From Alphaproteobacteria bacterium (lineage in GTDB: Bacteria; Pseudomonadota; Alphaproteobacteria; JABAAW01; JAHZMA01): a DNA stretch of 64,000 bases. The DNA is taken from contig CBDBHZ010000013.1 of the NCBI GenBank assembly GCA_965205905.1, positions 209,571 through 273,570 on the forward strand. The letters are read 5' to 3'. Position 1 is the first letter of the stretch. Every line of letters starts with the position of its first letter. The notes beneath the pieces were generated by a model. That model searched no databases and was not told where the DNA came from. It saw nothing but the letters and a program-made list of their open reading frames with translations. Shown one piece after another: positions 10,974 to 21,917 of the stretch. Position numbers and translations under genes: made by a program.

Positions 10974-12149
10974 TTAATTACGCATAGCTTGGGCTAAATC
11001 ATCGCATAAATCTTGAACATCTTCAAGCCCTACTGATAGCCTCACCGAATTTGGCAGAATGCCTAACCGCAACCGTTGTTCTTCTTCTAACCGCTGATGG
11101 GTCATGGTGGTTGGATGGTTTATTAGGCTTTTGGTATCGCCCAGATTATTAGATATATCAATCACTTGCAAGCTGTTGACGAATTTGAAAAGCTCTGCCC
11201 TATCGCCATCATAGTCGAAGCTAATCAGCGTGCTGCCCATGCTCATCTGTTGCATGGCTAGCTTATATTGCGGATGGCTTGGCAAAGCAGGATAGCGCAC
11301 TGCTTTTATTTTTTGATGGCTTTCCAAAAATTCAGCAATCTTATGGGCAGCATGGCTTTGCGCCTCAACCCTTAAGCGCAATGTTTCTAATCCTTTTAGC
11401 ATCACCCATGCGTTAAACGGGCTCATAGATGGACCTGTATGGCGCACGAATGAAAGCAAATGCTCATCAAGAAATTCTTGTGAACATAGAATTGCACCGC
11501 CTAAACACCGCCCCTGCCCATCAATATGTTTGGTGGTGGAATAGACAACAATATCCGCGCCTAATTCCAATGGTTTTTGCAAAATTGGCGTGGCGAATAC
11601 ATTATCAACCACCAAGCGCGCACCTGCTTGATGCGCTAAATCGGCAATCATGCGAATATCTAACACTTCTAGCAGAGGATTTGAGGGGGTTTCCAAAAAC
11701 ACGGCTTGCGTAGGCTTGCTTAATGCTTGTTCCCAATCCGCTTTATCGTTACCAAGCACAGATACGGTTTCTATGCCGTAACGCGGTAAAATATCGTTAA
11801 TAATATAGTCGCAAGACGAGAATAATGCTTCAGATGCCACGACGCGGTCGCCTTGTTTTAAGAAACAAGCCATCGATGCAAACACTGCCGCCATGCCAGT
11901 AGCAGTTGCGAAACAAGTTTCTGCCCCTTCCAACAATGCCATGCGGTTTTGAAACATTTCCACAGTTGGGTTGCCATAGCGCGAATAGACGTAATGGTCA
12001 ATCTCTTGCTTAAAGCTTGCCTCTGCTTGCTCTACCGATTCGTAAACATAGCCAGAATTCAGAAATAACGCTTCGGAAGTCTCATCAAAATTGCTACGGG
12101 CGATACCGCCACGCACTAAAATTGTATCAATATTTTGCTTTTTTGCCAT
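10974..12149 (-). CDS. metZ: O-succinylhomoserine sulfhydrylase / Cys-Met-metabolism PLP enzyme
   Basis: 391 aa of the PLP-dependent cystathionine gamma-synthase family (VVYSTTKHIDGQGRCLGG). Confidence 0.8.
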   Translation of the reverse strand: MAKKQNIDTILVRGGIARSNFDETSEALFLNSGYVYESVEQAEASFKQEIDHYVYSRYGNPTVEMFQNRMALLEGAETCFATATGMAAVFASMACFLKQGDRVVASEALFSSCDYIINDILPRYGIETVSVLGNDKADWEQALSKPTQAVFLETPSNPLLEVLDIRMIADLAHQAGARLVVDNVFATPILQKPLELGADIVVYSTTKHIDGQGRCLGGAILCSQEFLDEHLLSFVRHTGPSMSPFNAWVMLKGLETLRLRVEAQSHAAHKIAEFLESHQKIKAVRYPALPSHPQYKLAMQQMSMGSTLISFDYDGDRAELFKFVNSLQVIDISNNLGDTKSLINHPTTMTHQRLEEEQRLRLGILPNSVRLSVGLEDVQDLCDDLAQAMRN

Positions 12150-12331
12150 GTCTTACACTCATAATATTATCTATTGCCACAGATGCTAACAGATTTGATA
12201 GTTTTTTGCTAGAAATTTTTATAGTAATTATCATTGCTGAATTTTGTTTATTTTTTCAGCAAATATGTTATAGTGGTCTCTCATTTGGTAAGTTGATATA
12301 TCAATGCAAATATAAAGTTTCAAGATAGTCT

Positions 12332-15223
12332 ATGCGACAATTTATTTTATCCATTATCACATTATTAATATTTTCTTTGTTATTAGTCGGTTGTAGCCTT
12401 GATAGCATCGTTAATGATGCCGTTGATTGTGTAACCGATATTAATGTTGCGCTCAATATTTGCAATGGTGATGATAATGATAATCCAAAGAATGGTGCTG
12501 TTAGCAATAATAATGCTGGTGATAACAATAATAATGGCGGTGGCGACAGCAGCACTGGTGGTGGCGATAACAACGGAGGCGGTGATAATAATAATGGTTA
12601 TGGCATCAGCATTATCGAAAACATTCATACCGCCACGCCCATAAATTTTAATCAGCATGATTTAATCAGTTTTACTGATGAAAATCGTAACAACAAAAAA
12701 AACAATGCTTTACCAATCAATGCTGTGCAAATAACAAAAAACACTGCTACTGATAATGAGGCAATCATCACTGATAAAATCAAGGATGCGGTGGTTGATT
12801 TTGATTATGCGAATAACGGTAAATTTACCAATACAGGATTAAGATTATATTTTGCTGATAAAAAATATCAAATAACTTCCGGTATCGGCCGTGCAGAACA
12901 AATTGAGAGCGCGAGCGTTATCAGTGATAGTGGTGATAATCCTGATGATTTCATCATAGATAGGCGCGCCTCTATCTTTGGCTTTGCGGTCAATCACATG
13001 GCATTGGTAACTTTTCATGTGATGAAAGATGACTATAAAACGCAATTCTATGCCATCACGGGTTATGAAACCGATGCAAGCAAGATACCCATCACTGGCA
13101 TCAGCAAATTTATCGGCACAGGGCGGGGCAAATATTATTCTACGACTGCTGGCTATAATACCATGTTTGATATAGAAGCCGATATTAATTTTGGCAGCCA
13201 GATGATTGATTTAAGTGGCACGAATACATGTCTGTTGGGGAGTGTTTGCAGTCAGAGTGCCAATCAAAAATATGACCTTAATTTTACCACCTCACTCAAA
13301 TATTATACAGGAAAAAATATATTTAACGGCTTGATTGAGACAAAAGGTGGCGAGTCGCAACCAGCATTATCAGGTAATATTGATGTTAATTTTTATGGTA
13401 ATAATGCATCGGAATTCGGTGGCACATTCGCCCTAAAAAATACCTTGCAAGAGGGTGATGCAGGCTATATTGGCTGGTTCGGCGCTATCACTTACACATT
13501 AAACACAAACCATGCTGATACGCCCACAATATTTAATCAACATGGTTTAACCAGTTTTAACGATAATGCCCGCAAAGGCACAAGAAATAATGCCTTTAAA
13601 GCCAGTGCGGTGCAAATCATAAAATATGAAAGCACGGGCAATATCACGCTTAATACAATCAATGGTTCTGTGGTTGAATTTGATTATAAGGATAATGGCG
13701 AATTTGCTGATGAGGGCTTAACATTATATTTTACCGATAAAAAATATGAAATCACCAACGGTATCAGCTATCAGCATTCCATCAATGATTATCAAACCGA
13801 TAGTGATGATGCCGATAATCCTAGCAATTTTGAACTGTTCAGGCGTGTCTTTCATTACGGCTTTACATCAAACCATATGGCATTGGTAACATGGCGGGTA
13901 TATGATGCCGATAATTATGAAAGTTACTTTTATGCTATCACTGGCTTTGAAACAGCGGGTAACGCGCTTCCTAAAACTGGCAGCGCCATGTTTACAGGCG
14001 AAGGGCGAGGGCGATATTATAGCGCAAGCAAGAATATTAATACTTATTTTGATGTGCAGGCAGATGTTGATTTTGGCAACAGAACAGTCAATCTGACTGG
14101 CACAAATTCTTATGATAGTGCTGACCTTAATTTTACCAGTCTGTTACGCTATGATGCCGAACAAAACCTGATAAAAGGTGAGTTTGAAACTGTGGGCGGT
14201 AACAGCTATTCACAATTATTAGGCACGGCAGAGGCAAGGTTTTATGGCATAGGTGATAATGCGGTAAAAGAATTTGGTGGCACATTTGATGCAAAAAATA
14301 ATCAAGCAGGCTATATCGGTTATTTTGTAACAGGTGAAAATTATATCATTGCCACTCCTGCTATAACTGCAATCACGCGTGCCGATATTCCTAAAATGCT
14401 TAATCAACATGGCTTGGCTTCTTTTGTTGATGAGAATCGGCATGACACAGAAAATAATGCCTTACAAACCGCACCTATTGTTGAGATAATTAAAAATGAT
14501 GATAATAAAACAATCAGCACCCATCAAATCAATGATGCTATCGTGGAATTTGACCATGATAGTGAGGGTGATTTTGCTGATACGGGCTTAACATTATATT
14601 TTGCTGATAAAAAATACGCGGTTATAGCGGGCACTGGCACTGATTATAATATCGTTGGCAGTAGCTTTGATAGTGATAATGCCCAGAGCCTCGATAGGCA
14701 AATCAGCACATTTGGTTTAGAGAGACGTTGGGACTATTTTGGTGAACCACATCCTACTTATATGGCATTGATTCATTGGACAGTGGAAGAAAATGACTAT
14801 AAAAGCAAAGGCTTTGCCATAGCAGGATACGAAACAAGCGGTGATGCTATTCCTACCCCTACCATAGTTGGCATTACTCAATTTACTGGCAAGGGGCTTG
14901 GGCGATACCATTCTACCCACATTAACTATGATACCGAGTTTAATGTAACTGCCAATGTTGATTTTAGCGCAACCACAGTGAATTTAATCGGGACAGATGA
15001 AAATCATGCCTCGCTGGATTTTACTGCCAGCTTAACATATCAAGCAGGTATAAACGACATCACGGGCAATATTGAAACTGTGGGTGGTGGCGATTACGCA
15101 AAATTATCTGGAGGCGCCAATGCCAGATTTTACGGACCTAACACAGAAGAATTAGGTGGCACATTTTCTATGCAAAATGATGACGCGGCTTATATCGGCT
15201 ATTTCGGTGCGAAAGAGCAGTAA
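12332..15223 (+). CDS. large surface lipoprotein with three tandem TbpB/fHbp-like lobes (handle plus 8-strand barrel)
   Basis: Lipobox LLVGC|S, an N/G/D-rich linker, then three roughly 290-aa repeats. Each repeat ends in the barrel signature ...FYG.NA.EFGGTF...AGYIG(W/Y)FGA. Confidence 0.65.
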   Translation: MRQFILSIITLLIFSLLLVGCSLDSIVNDAVDCVTDINVALNICNGDDNDNPKNGAVSNNNAGDNNNNGGGDSSTGGGDNNGGGDNNNGYGISIIENIHTATPINFNQHDLISFTDENRNNKKNNALPINAVQITKNTATDNEAIITDKIKDAVVDFDYANNGKFTNTGLRLYFADKKYQITSGIGRAEQIESASVISDSGDNPDDFIIDRRASIFGFAVNHMALVTFHVMKDDYKTQFYAITGYETDASKIPITGISKFIGTGRGKYYSTTAGYNTMFDIEADINFGSQMIDLSGTNTCLLGSVCSQSANQKYDLNFTTSLKYYTGKNIFNGLIETKGGESQPALSGNIDVNFYGNNASEFGGTFALKNTLQEGDAGYIGWFGAITYTLNTNHADTPTIFNQHGLTSFNDNARKGTRNNAFKASAVQIIKYESTGNITLNTINGSVVEFDYKDNGEFADEGLTLYFTDKKYEITNGISYQHSINDYQTDSDDADNPSNFELFRRVFHYGFTSNHMALVTWRVYDADNYESYFYAITGFETAGNALPKTGSAMFTGEGRGRYYSASKNINTYFDVQADVDFGNRTVNLTGTNSYDSADLNFTSLLRYDAEQNLIKGEFETVGGNSYSQLLGTAEARFYGIGDNAVKEFGGTFDAKNNQAGYIGYFVTGENYIIATPAITAITRADIPKMLNQHGLASFVDENRHDTENNALQTAPIVEIIKNDDNKTISTHQINDAIVEFDHDSEGDFADTGLTLYFADKKYAVIAGTGTDYNIVGSSFDSDNAQSLDRQISTFGLERRWDYFGEPHPTYMALIHWTVEENDYKSKGFAIAGYETSGDAIPTPTIVGITQFTGKGLGRYHSTHINYDTEFNVTANVDFSATTVNLIGTDENHASLDFTASLTYQAGINDITGNIETVGGGDYAKLSGGANARFYGPNTEELGGTFSMQNDDAAYIGYFGAKEQ

Positions 15224-15265
15224 TAATATAGTATCAGGATTGTATTTTCCAATCAGGATAATCCT

Positions 15266-15703
15266 TTAAGATTGCCGCCAAGCCAGTCCTGATGCTTTCC
15301 AACCACTGACCGTGCCACGTTTTCCCGTATCATCAGGGCAGCCCTCAAACCCATCGCTGATATTATAGCATTGCGTAAAGCCTTGTGCCGTTGCAGTGAT
15401 TGCCGCCATCATCGAGCGTTGCCCACTGCGACATAAAAACAGCAATTCATCACCCTCTTGCACGCCCTGTTGCTTTAATTGCGTCATAAAATCAGCATTC
15501 TGTGTCATATGTGGAAAGCTAACCCATTCCACGCAAATCACTTGCTTACAATGGCATTCATCTAATTGAGGCAACCCCACAAAGCCCCATTCGGCAGTGG
15601 TGCGGACATCTATCAGCTTTGCTTGCGGATTATCTTGTAATTTTTGCCATGCTTGTTTGGACGTAATATCGCCTTGATAATTGCTCATGATTCTGGACTC
15701 CAT
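15266..15703 (-). CDS. rhodanese-like sulfurtransferase
   Basis: 145 aa with the active-site loop CRSGQRS. Confidence 0.7.
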   Translation of the reverse strand: MESRIMSNYQGDITSKQAWQKLQDNPQAKLIDVRTTAEWGFVGLPQLDECHCKQVICVEWVSFPHMTQNADFMTQLKQQGVQEGDELLFLCRSGQRSMMAAITATAQGFTQCYNISDGFEGCPDDTGKRGTVSGWKASGLAWRQS

Positions 15704-16365
15704 GTTTTCATTTCTTCTTTCGCCAATTCACACCATGCTTGCACCGCTTGATGATTCATCACCGCCTGCAAATATTGCGGATGCTGGCATGGTAGTTGAT
15801 AGGTAAGCAAGCGCGTTACCACTGGCGCAAACATCATATCGGCAAAGGTAAAATCATCGCCTAGCAAAAATTTTCCACCAAATTGCTGAAATGATTTTTG
15901 CCATAATTCATCAATCCGCGCAACATCGGCAAGCACCGCATCACTGGCATCAAAATCCTCCACCTTATTAGCAGAAACAATATCCCCACCAACAATATTC
16001 ATCGGGCAATCGCCACGAAGCGAAGAAAAACTGCTGTGCATTTCTTGAGTGATGATTTTACCCCACCATAAAGCATCATCATTATCGGGCAGTAACCCTG
16101 CCTCTGGGTGCTTATTGGCAAGGTAATCGATAATCACCGTGCTTTCCCATATCACTCTATCACCATCAAATAACACTGGCACAGTATGTGAGCCCGCGCC
16201 CGCGCCGATAATTTCTTCGGTGCGCCCGTCCATTTTCAGATTCACATAGGTGATGGCGAAATCATCAATCAGCCCTTGCATTTTCAAGATATAAAGTGGC
16301 AACCAGCCACGCATTGACCATGATGACCAATTATAGTTACCAATCACAATACGATAATCTGACAT
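15685..16365 (-). CDS. glutathione S-transferase family protein
   Basis: 226 aa with a thioredoxin-like N-terminus (YSSWSMR) and GST C-terminal helices. Confidence 0.55.
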   Translation of the reverse strand: MSDYRIVIGNYNWSSWSMRGWLPLYILKMQGLIDDFAITYVNLKMDGRTEEIIGAGAGSHTVPVLFDGDRVIWESTVIIDYLANKHPEAGLLPDNDDALWWGKIITQEMHSSFSSLRGDCPMNIVGGDIVSANKVEDFDASDAVLADVARIDELWQKSFQQFGGKFLLGDDFTFADMMFAPVVTRLLTYQLPCQHPQYLQAVMNHQAVQAWCELAKEEMKTWSPES

Positions 16366-16392
16366 GGTGATTCTCCCTTTTTCATTTTGCTT

Positions 16393-17535
16393 TTAACTAG
16401 AGACTGTATAGATGCGGTTGCGCTTGCTTTCGGCACGAAACGCCCGCCATAATGAGAGTGATGATGGCTTCTTATGCTTCTGTTGCCGTCTCACCTGATT
16501 GCCGATTTTGAATAATAGCGAGATTTGCAAAAATATGCCAACCCATGCCCGCCATAGACTGCCATCAGGGTCCCAAATATGCGTCATTTCCGCGCCCGCA
16601 CCGTTAAATTCAATAATCTTGAAATTTTTGCCTTGCTTGAAATCATCTAGCGAACGGCATTTAATATCAATCCTGCCATAATAAAATTCAGGAATATCTT
16701 GCGTTAATTTATCAATTTGCGTTATCAGCGCGTCATCAATCAGTGCCTCGCCATCACGGAATATGGTGCCCGATGTATGGCTACCCACCGCTGTGGCACG
16801 AAAATAAGAATCTTCAGGCAAAATATCATCTAGCATGTTGCCATAGCGCATTTCGCAACGTTTTAGTAACCGCTTTGTTGCCGCATTTTTATGCAATAAT
16901 TCGCGAATGGTTTGCGTGCCATCGCCGCTTAATAGAAACGGATATTTCAATGTGAGTGATGGCACAGTAAATTCACCTGTTTGGGGCGAGCGCACATAAA
17001 AAATGCCAATTTCTTCGGTATAATCAGCAAATTCGCAGATGAGGAAAGTCTCATCATGCGGATAATCACGCGCATAATCTATCAGCGTCTCCATATCGGT
17101 GAGTAACTTAACGCCAAAGCCTTTACAGCCAATATCTGGCTTGGCAATCATTGGGAATTTCAGCCCTGTATCTTTCACCGCTTGTTGCAATTTTTGCTTA
17201 TTCAAGCCATCATTATGCAGGCAACAAAAGAGAGGCACATATTGTTTGAGTGGCGTTAGCTGGAATTGTTCGTAAATAGATGATTTGGTTTCATTCACCA
17301 TACCGCCCAAACTGATACTAGGATTCACCAAGCAGGGCAGAGTCCAACTACGATAATAGATTGCCAAACATACCCACCAGAAAAATCCGGGCAGATAGAA
17401 CAACCATGCGGGCAGTGATTCAGCAGGGCTTAACCGTATATCTTTAGGCAAGGGCGGAAAGCAGGGTTGAAAACCTTCTAGCGCACTTTTCTCAATAATT
17501 GGGGAAAGCCATAATTTTTTGTTTATATTAATCAT
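16393..17535 (-). CDS. ATP-grasp domain protein
   Basis: 380 aa with ATP-grasp segments (IAKPDIGCKGFGV ... IIEFNGAGAEM). Confidence 0.5.
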   Translation of the reverse strand: MININKKLWLSPIIEKSALEGFQPCFPPLPKDIRLSPAESLPAWLFYLPGFFWWVCLAIYYRSWTLPCLVNPSISLGGMVNETKSSIYEQFQLTPLKQYVPLFCCLHNDGLNKQKLQQAVKDTGLKFPMIAKPDIGCKGFGVKLLTDMETLIDYARDYPHDETFLICEFADYTEEIGIFYVRSPQTGEFTVPSLTLKYPFLLSGDGTQTIRELLHKNAATKRLLKRCEMRYGNMLDDILPEDSYFRATAVGSHTSGTIFRDGEALIDDALITQIDKLTQDIPEFYYGRIDIKCRSLDDFKQGKNFKIIEFNGAGAEMTHIWDPDGSLWRAWVGIFLQISLLFKIGNQVRRQQKHKKPSSLSLWRAFRAESKRNRIYTVSS

Positions 17536-17580
17536 CGCTTGCTAGTATAGTATTGTTGGTAAGGAAAAAAAAGTAAAAAA

Positions 17581-17985
17581 ATGCAAAAACTAAACTTAAA
17601 AAAATTATGTGTCGGCAGTGATGGCATCGAATCCATGATTCTATGGCAAAAACAGCTATGTGCAGAGCAAAAAAACATCCGCCCAGATGCAGATAGTCCG
17701 TTTCAGCATCTGATTCTGCCATACCATGATACCCGTAATATGCCACGCCAAGCCGATTCACTGCAAGGTGGCTCGCTTTATTGGATACGCAAGAAGAAAT
17801 TCTTTGCACGCCAGAAGATTCATCTGCTAGAAGCGCGCACCTCTGACGAGGGCAAGAAATTTTGCAGGATTTGGTTGAAGCCCGAAATTATCGCAGTAGA
17901 GGCAATGCGCGACCGTATCTTTCAAGGCTGGCGTTATCTGAAAGTAGAAGATAGCCCTGCTGATAAAGACATAGTGGCAATGTAG
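17581..17985 (+). CDS. DUF1489 family protein
   Basis: 134 aa, similar to the alphaproteobacterial DUF1489 family. Confidence 0.5.
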   Translation: MQKLNLKKLCVGSDGIESMILWQKQLCAEQKNIRPDADSPFQHLILPYHDTRNMPRQADSLQGGSLYWIRKKKFFARQKIHLLEARTSDEGKKFCRIWLKPEIIAVEAMRDRIFQGWRYLKVEDSPADKDIVAM

Positions 17986-18046
17986 ATAATCGTAGAGGAT
18001 ACCGAAGATATGCAACGCGAATTACAAAGATTAGGGTTATTGTAAC

Positions 18047-19300
18047 ATGAAAATCGCAATTATCGGCGCGGGCATATCGGGTGTGGGGGCGGCTTATCTG
18101 TTAAGCAAGTCGCATGATGTTACCGTTTTTGAGAAAAATGACTATATTGGCGGGCATAGCCGCACCATTGATGCCTCTATCGCGGGCAAAATGTGCCAGT
18201 GGATACTGGCTTTATTGTGTTTAACAACTGGAATTATCCGCATATTTTAGGCTTTTTTAACGAGATTGGCGTTAAATATCACAACAGCAATATGTCATTT
18301 GGCGTTAGCATCAATAATGGCGCGTTAGAATATTCGTCAAACAGCCTATTCGCGCAGAGAAAAAATATCTTTTCGGGTAAATTTTTGGGTATGTTGAAAG
18401 ATATTGTTAAATTCAATCATTTGGCGTTGCGTTACGCCCAAAAAAACCCTGATGCCAGTCTGCAACAATGTCTTCAAGATTTGAAAATGGGCGATTATTT
18501 CATCAAATATTACATTTTAGCGATGGGCGCGTCTATTTGGAGTTGCCCCACAACAACCATTCTTGATTTTCCTGCCGCGCAATTTTTACAGTTTTTTAAG
18601 AATCACGGGCTATTAAATCTTATCAAACGCCCGCAATGGTATAGTGTTGAGGGTGGTAGCCGCGAATATATTAAATTGGCGAAAGCAAAAAGCAATGCCA
18701 ATTTTATCACCAATAAATCGGTGAAAAAGATTGACTCTGTCCCGCAAAAAACAGCAAAGTAATAATAGGTGTTAATTGAGACAACAGACGGAGAGAGTGA
18801 AACATTTGACCAAGCCATTTTATGTTGCCATGCTGACGAGGCATTACAGATGATAAGCAGCCCACCGAAACTGAGGCTGAGATTCTGGGTGCGTTTTCGT
18901 ATCAGGATAATAAAATTATTACCCATACCGATAAAGATTTTATGCCACGCAACAAAAAATGCTGGTCGAGCTGGGTCTATATTAACCATGCCAAAAACAA
19001 AAAGCAATGAGGATATGGTTTGTTTAAGCTATTGGATGAATAATTTACAAAATCTAAAAACCGATATTCCTATCATTGTTACCTTAAACCCAACAATCGC
19101 CCGAAAGCTGAGTGCATTATTGACGAACATTCGTTCAGCCACCCTATTTTCAACCATGCTGCTATTAAAGCGCAACAGGGTATCAGCGATATTCAAGGCA
19201 AACGCGGGCTATGGTTTTGCGGTGCCTATCAACGTTATGGCTTCCATGAAGATGGCTTGTTAAGCGCGGTGAATGTTGTGAAGCAAATGGGAGAGGACAA
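18047..19300 (+). pseudogene. FAD-dependent amine oxidase of the cfa cluster, broken into three or more frames
   Basis: ORF 18047 has the FAD motif IAIIGAGISGVGAAY. Its continuation appears in ORFs 18193..18762 and 18769..19263, and in a further frame. Confidence 0.7.
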
Positions 19301-19326
19301 TATCGTGGCAGTAAATACCCATCACT

Positions 19327-20077
19327 TTGAATCCCGCTATTTTAACCGCAACAGTGATGCATCGGCGCTTATTGCCTAAAATCAATGGTTTCAACTATCG
19401 CATCTATTATCTGTGTTTGCCGCTTGCCAAAATCAACAAGCACCGATACCAACAAACAATTAGCGGTGAATCGCTTTTCCTTCATCAGTTTTCACAGCAA
19501 AGACCATAATAATAAAGATAATAGCCTGCAACAATGGATTGATGATGTGTTGCGCCAGAATGATATTCATCACAAGATTGATAATATTGCCCTGATTGCC
19601 ATGCCCCGCATATTGGGCTATGTGTTTAACCCTATCAGTTTTTGGCTATGTTTTGATAAAAAACAGCAATTAAAAGCGGTATTATGCGAGGTGAATAACA
19701 CATTTGGCGAAAAGCATAATTATCTTTGTGTGCCTAAATTGAATGATAGCATTCATGCCGATGAGTGGCTAGAGGCTGAAAAATTGTTTCATGTCTCGCC
19801 ATTTTTGAAGATTGAGGGCAAATATAAATTTAGATTCTCAATCAAGGAAAAAACTATCAAAATATGGATTAATTATTATGATAAAGATGATAACAAACAA
19901 TTAGTTACATCGCTGATTGGCGATTTATCACCTTTGAGCAAAAATGCGTTACGGCGTGTTTTTATAAGCCACCCTTTGATTACATTTAAGACAATTTTTT
20001 TGATTCATTGGCAAGCGATGAAACTGCTTGCCAAAAAAATCAAATTCATTCCAAAACCAAAACAGCTGAACTATTAA
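19327..20077 (+). pseudogene. DUF1365 family protein (cfa-cluster member), frameshifted near 19385-19509
   Basis: ORF 19327..19509 (VMHRRLLPKINGFNYRIYYLCL) and ORF 19385..20077 together match DUF1365. Confidence 0.6.
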
Positions 20078-20129
20078 TATCAGCAAAACCTAAGTAAGAG
20101 CCAAAAAAGAGCCAAGAAAGAGACAATTC

Positions 20130-21311
20130 ATGTTACAAAAATATTTTATCAGCACTTTTTTAAAGAATATAGAAAAAATCACCTATGGCACGGCGACAAT
20201 CATCACGCCAGAAAACGAAAAGCATCATTTTGTTGGCAGTGATGATATGGCAGTAACCTTATATGTGAAAAACTGGAATTTTGTTCAAAATATGTTTTTC
20301 AAGGGCAGTATCGGGCTTGCCGAAAGCTACCGCGATGGCGATTTAGATGCCGATAATCTTGTGAATATGCTCACGATGGTGATTAAAAACCAAGAAGTGC
20401 TGAAAAGCTATGTCTATGGTGCATCTTTCATCAATCTTGCATCGCAAATCATGTATTCGTTTCAGGCCAATAGCATCAAGGGCAGTAAGAAAAATATCCA
20501 CGCCCATTATGATATTGGCAATGATTTTTATGAATTATGGCTTGACCCAAGCATGACTTATTCATCAGGCATTTTCAACCAACCCGATGAGTCTCTGTAT
20601 GAGGCGCAACAAAATAAATATGACCGAATCATTGATAAAATTTCTGAAAATTCTAATATCCTTGAAATAGGGTGCGGCTGGGGCGGTTTTGCCGAACGGG
20701 CTTTGCAAAAATTGAACAGTAATTTTAAGGGCGTTACCATATCACAAGAGCAATATGATTTTGCGACTGATAAAATCGCCGATAAAAAGCCCCATAAAAA
20801 TCCAAACGCAAATGCCGAGATAGTGTTTCAGGATTACCGCGAGGTTGAAGGCAAATATGATGCCATCGTCTCAATAGAAATGTTTGAAGCGATTGGTGAG
20901 AAATTCTGGCCTGTTTATTTTGATAAAATCAAATCATTATTGCATAAAAATGGCACGGCAGTGATTCAAACCATCACCATTGGTGAACAACATTTTGACC
21001 GATACCGAAAATCGGGCGATGCGATACGGTCTTTCATCTTCCCGGGCGGCATGTTGCCATCGGTCAGCCGATTTAAGCAAGAAGTGGCGCAAGCAAAGTT
21101 GCAAACGGTTGATATTTTTGAATTTGGCGGTGATTACGCCCTTACCATGAAACATTGGCTGGCGAATTTTGAAAATTGCCTGCCCGCTATTCGCAAAAAG
21201 GGCTTTGATGAGAAATTTATCCGCATCTGGCGTTTTTATCTGGCGATTTGTATCAGTGGCTTTGCCGAAAACCGCATCAATGTGATGCAAGCTGAAATAA
21301 AGCATGAATAA
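20130..21311 (+). CDS. cfa: cyclopropane-fatty-acyl-phospholipid synthase
   Basis: 393 aa with the SAM motif ILEIGCGWGG and CFA synthase family architecture. Confidence 0.85.
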   Translation: MLQKYFISTFLKNIEKITYGTATIITPENEKHHFVGSDDMAVTLYVKNWNFVQNMFFKGSIGLAESYRDGDLDADNLVNMLTMVIKNQEVLKSYVYGASFINLASQIMYSFQANSIKGSKKNIHAHYDIGNDFYELWLDPSMTYSSGIFNQPDESLYEAQQNKYDRIIDKISENSNILEIGCGWGGFAERALQKLNSNFKGVTISQEQYDFATDKIADKKPHKNPNANAEIVFQDYREVEGKYDAIVSIEMFEAIGEKFWPVYFDKIKSLLHKNGTAVIQTITIGEQHFDRYRKSGDAIRSFIFPGGMLPSVSRFKQEVAQAKLQTVDIFEFGGDYALTMKHWLANFENCLPAIRKKGFDEKFIRIWRFYLAICISGFAENRINVMQAEIKHE

Positions 21312-21387
21312 TCTGTAATATCATGTTTACTTTATCAAAAAAAACTCTATGATTGAATGACAATATATTTTTACGGAGGCATTAACA

Positions 21388-21912
21388 ATGAAAAGATTTT
21401 TAACCATACTGATAGGAGCTATCATGCTTAACGGATGCGGGCATTCTCTGCTACATTATAACAATACCACCCCTGAATTTTCTATGCAGGAATTTTTTGA
21501 TGGCGATATTAAAGGCTGGGGTTTCGTTCAAGATTGGCGCGGACGCGTTGTGTCGCGGTTTGATGTAACATTGCATGGCGAATGGGATGGCAATGAAGGC
21601 ACGTTAAAAGAGCATTTCGCCTATTATAATAACAAGGTGCATGATAGAGAATGGCGGCTTGAAGTGCAAGAAGATGGCAGCTATATCGGCTATGCTGATG
21701 ATGTTGTTGGTCCTGCAAAAGGCGAAGTATTAGGCATTGCTGCCAACTGGAATTATTTGATTGATATTGAATTAAATGGCAAAATGCGTCGGTTTAGGTT
21801 CAAAGATTGGATGTGGCAAATGAATGATGATGTTGTTATCAACCGCGCCCATATCAAGAAATTTGGCTTTAAGGTGGCGGAACTCACCTTATTTATGAAA
21901 AAAGAAAAGTAA
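21388..21912 (+). CDS. DUF3833 lipoprotein (cfa-cluster-associated)
   Basis: Signal with lipobox LNGC|G; 174 aa; commonly found adjacent to cfa, DUF1365 and an SDR. Confidence 0.55.
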   Translation: MKRFLTILIGAIMLNGCGHSLLHYNNTTPEFSMQEFFDGDIKGWGFVQDWRGRVVSRFDVTLHGEWDGNEGTLKEHFAYYNNKVHDREWRLEVQEDGSYIGYADDVVGPAKGEVLGIAANWNYLIDIELNGKMRRFRFKDWMWQMNDDVVINRAHIKKFGFKVAELTLFMKKEK

Positions 21913-21917
21913 TAATC

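Noticed and set aside
12150-12331. SAM-II riboswitch expected upstream of alphaproteobacterial metZ
   Set aside because: I could find a hairpin (ttgctgaa...ttcagcaa) but not the conserved SAM-II pseudoknot or AAAGCU-type motifs by eye. It is unconfirmed and needs an Rfam scan.
12301-12658. Antisense and alternative-frame ORFs of 60-90 aa over the start of the lipoprotein gene
   Set aside because: They fall within the low-complexity N/G/D-linker coding DNA, and the frame with the lipobox and barrel motifs is clearly the real one.
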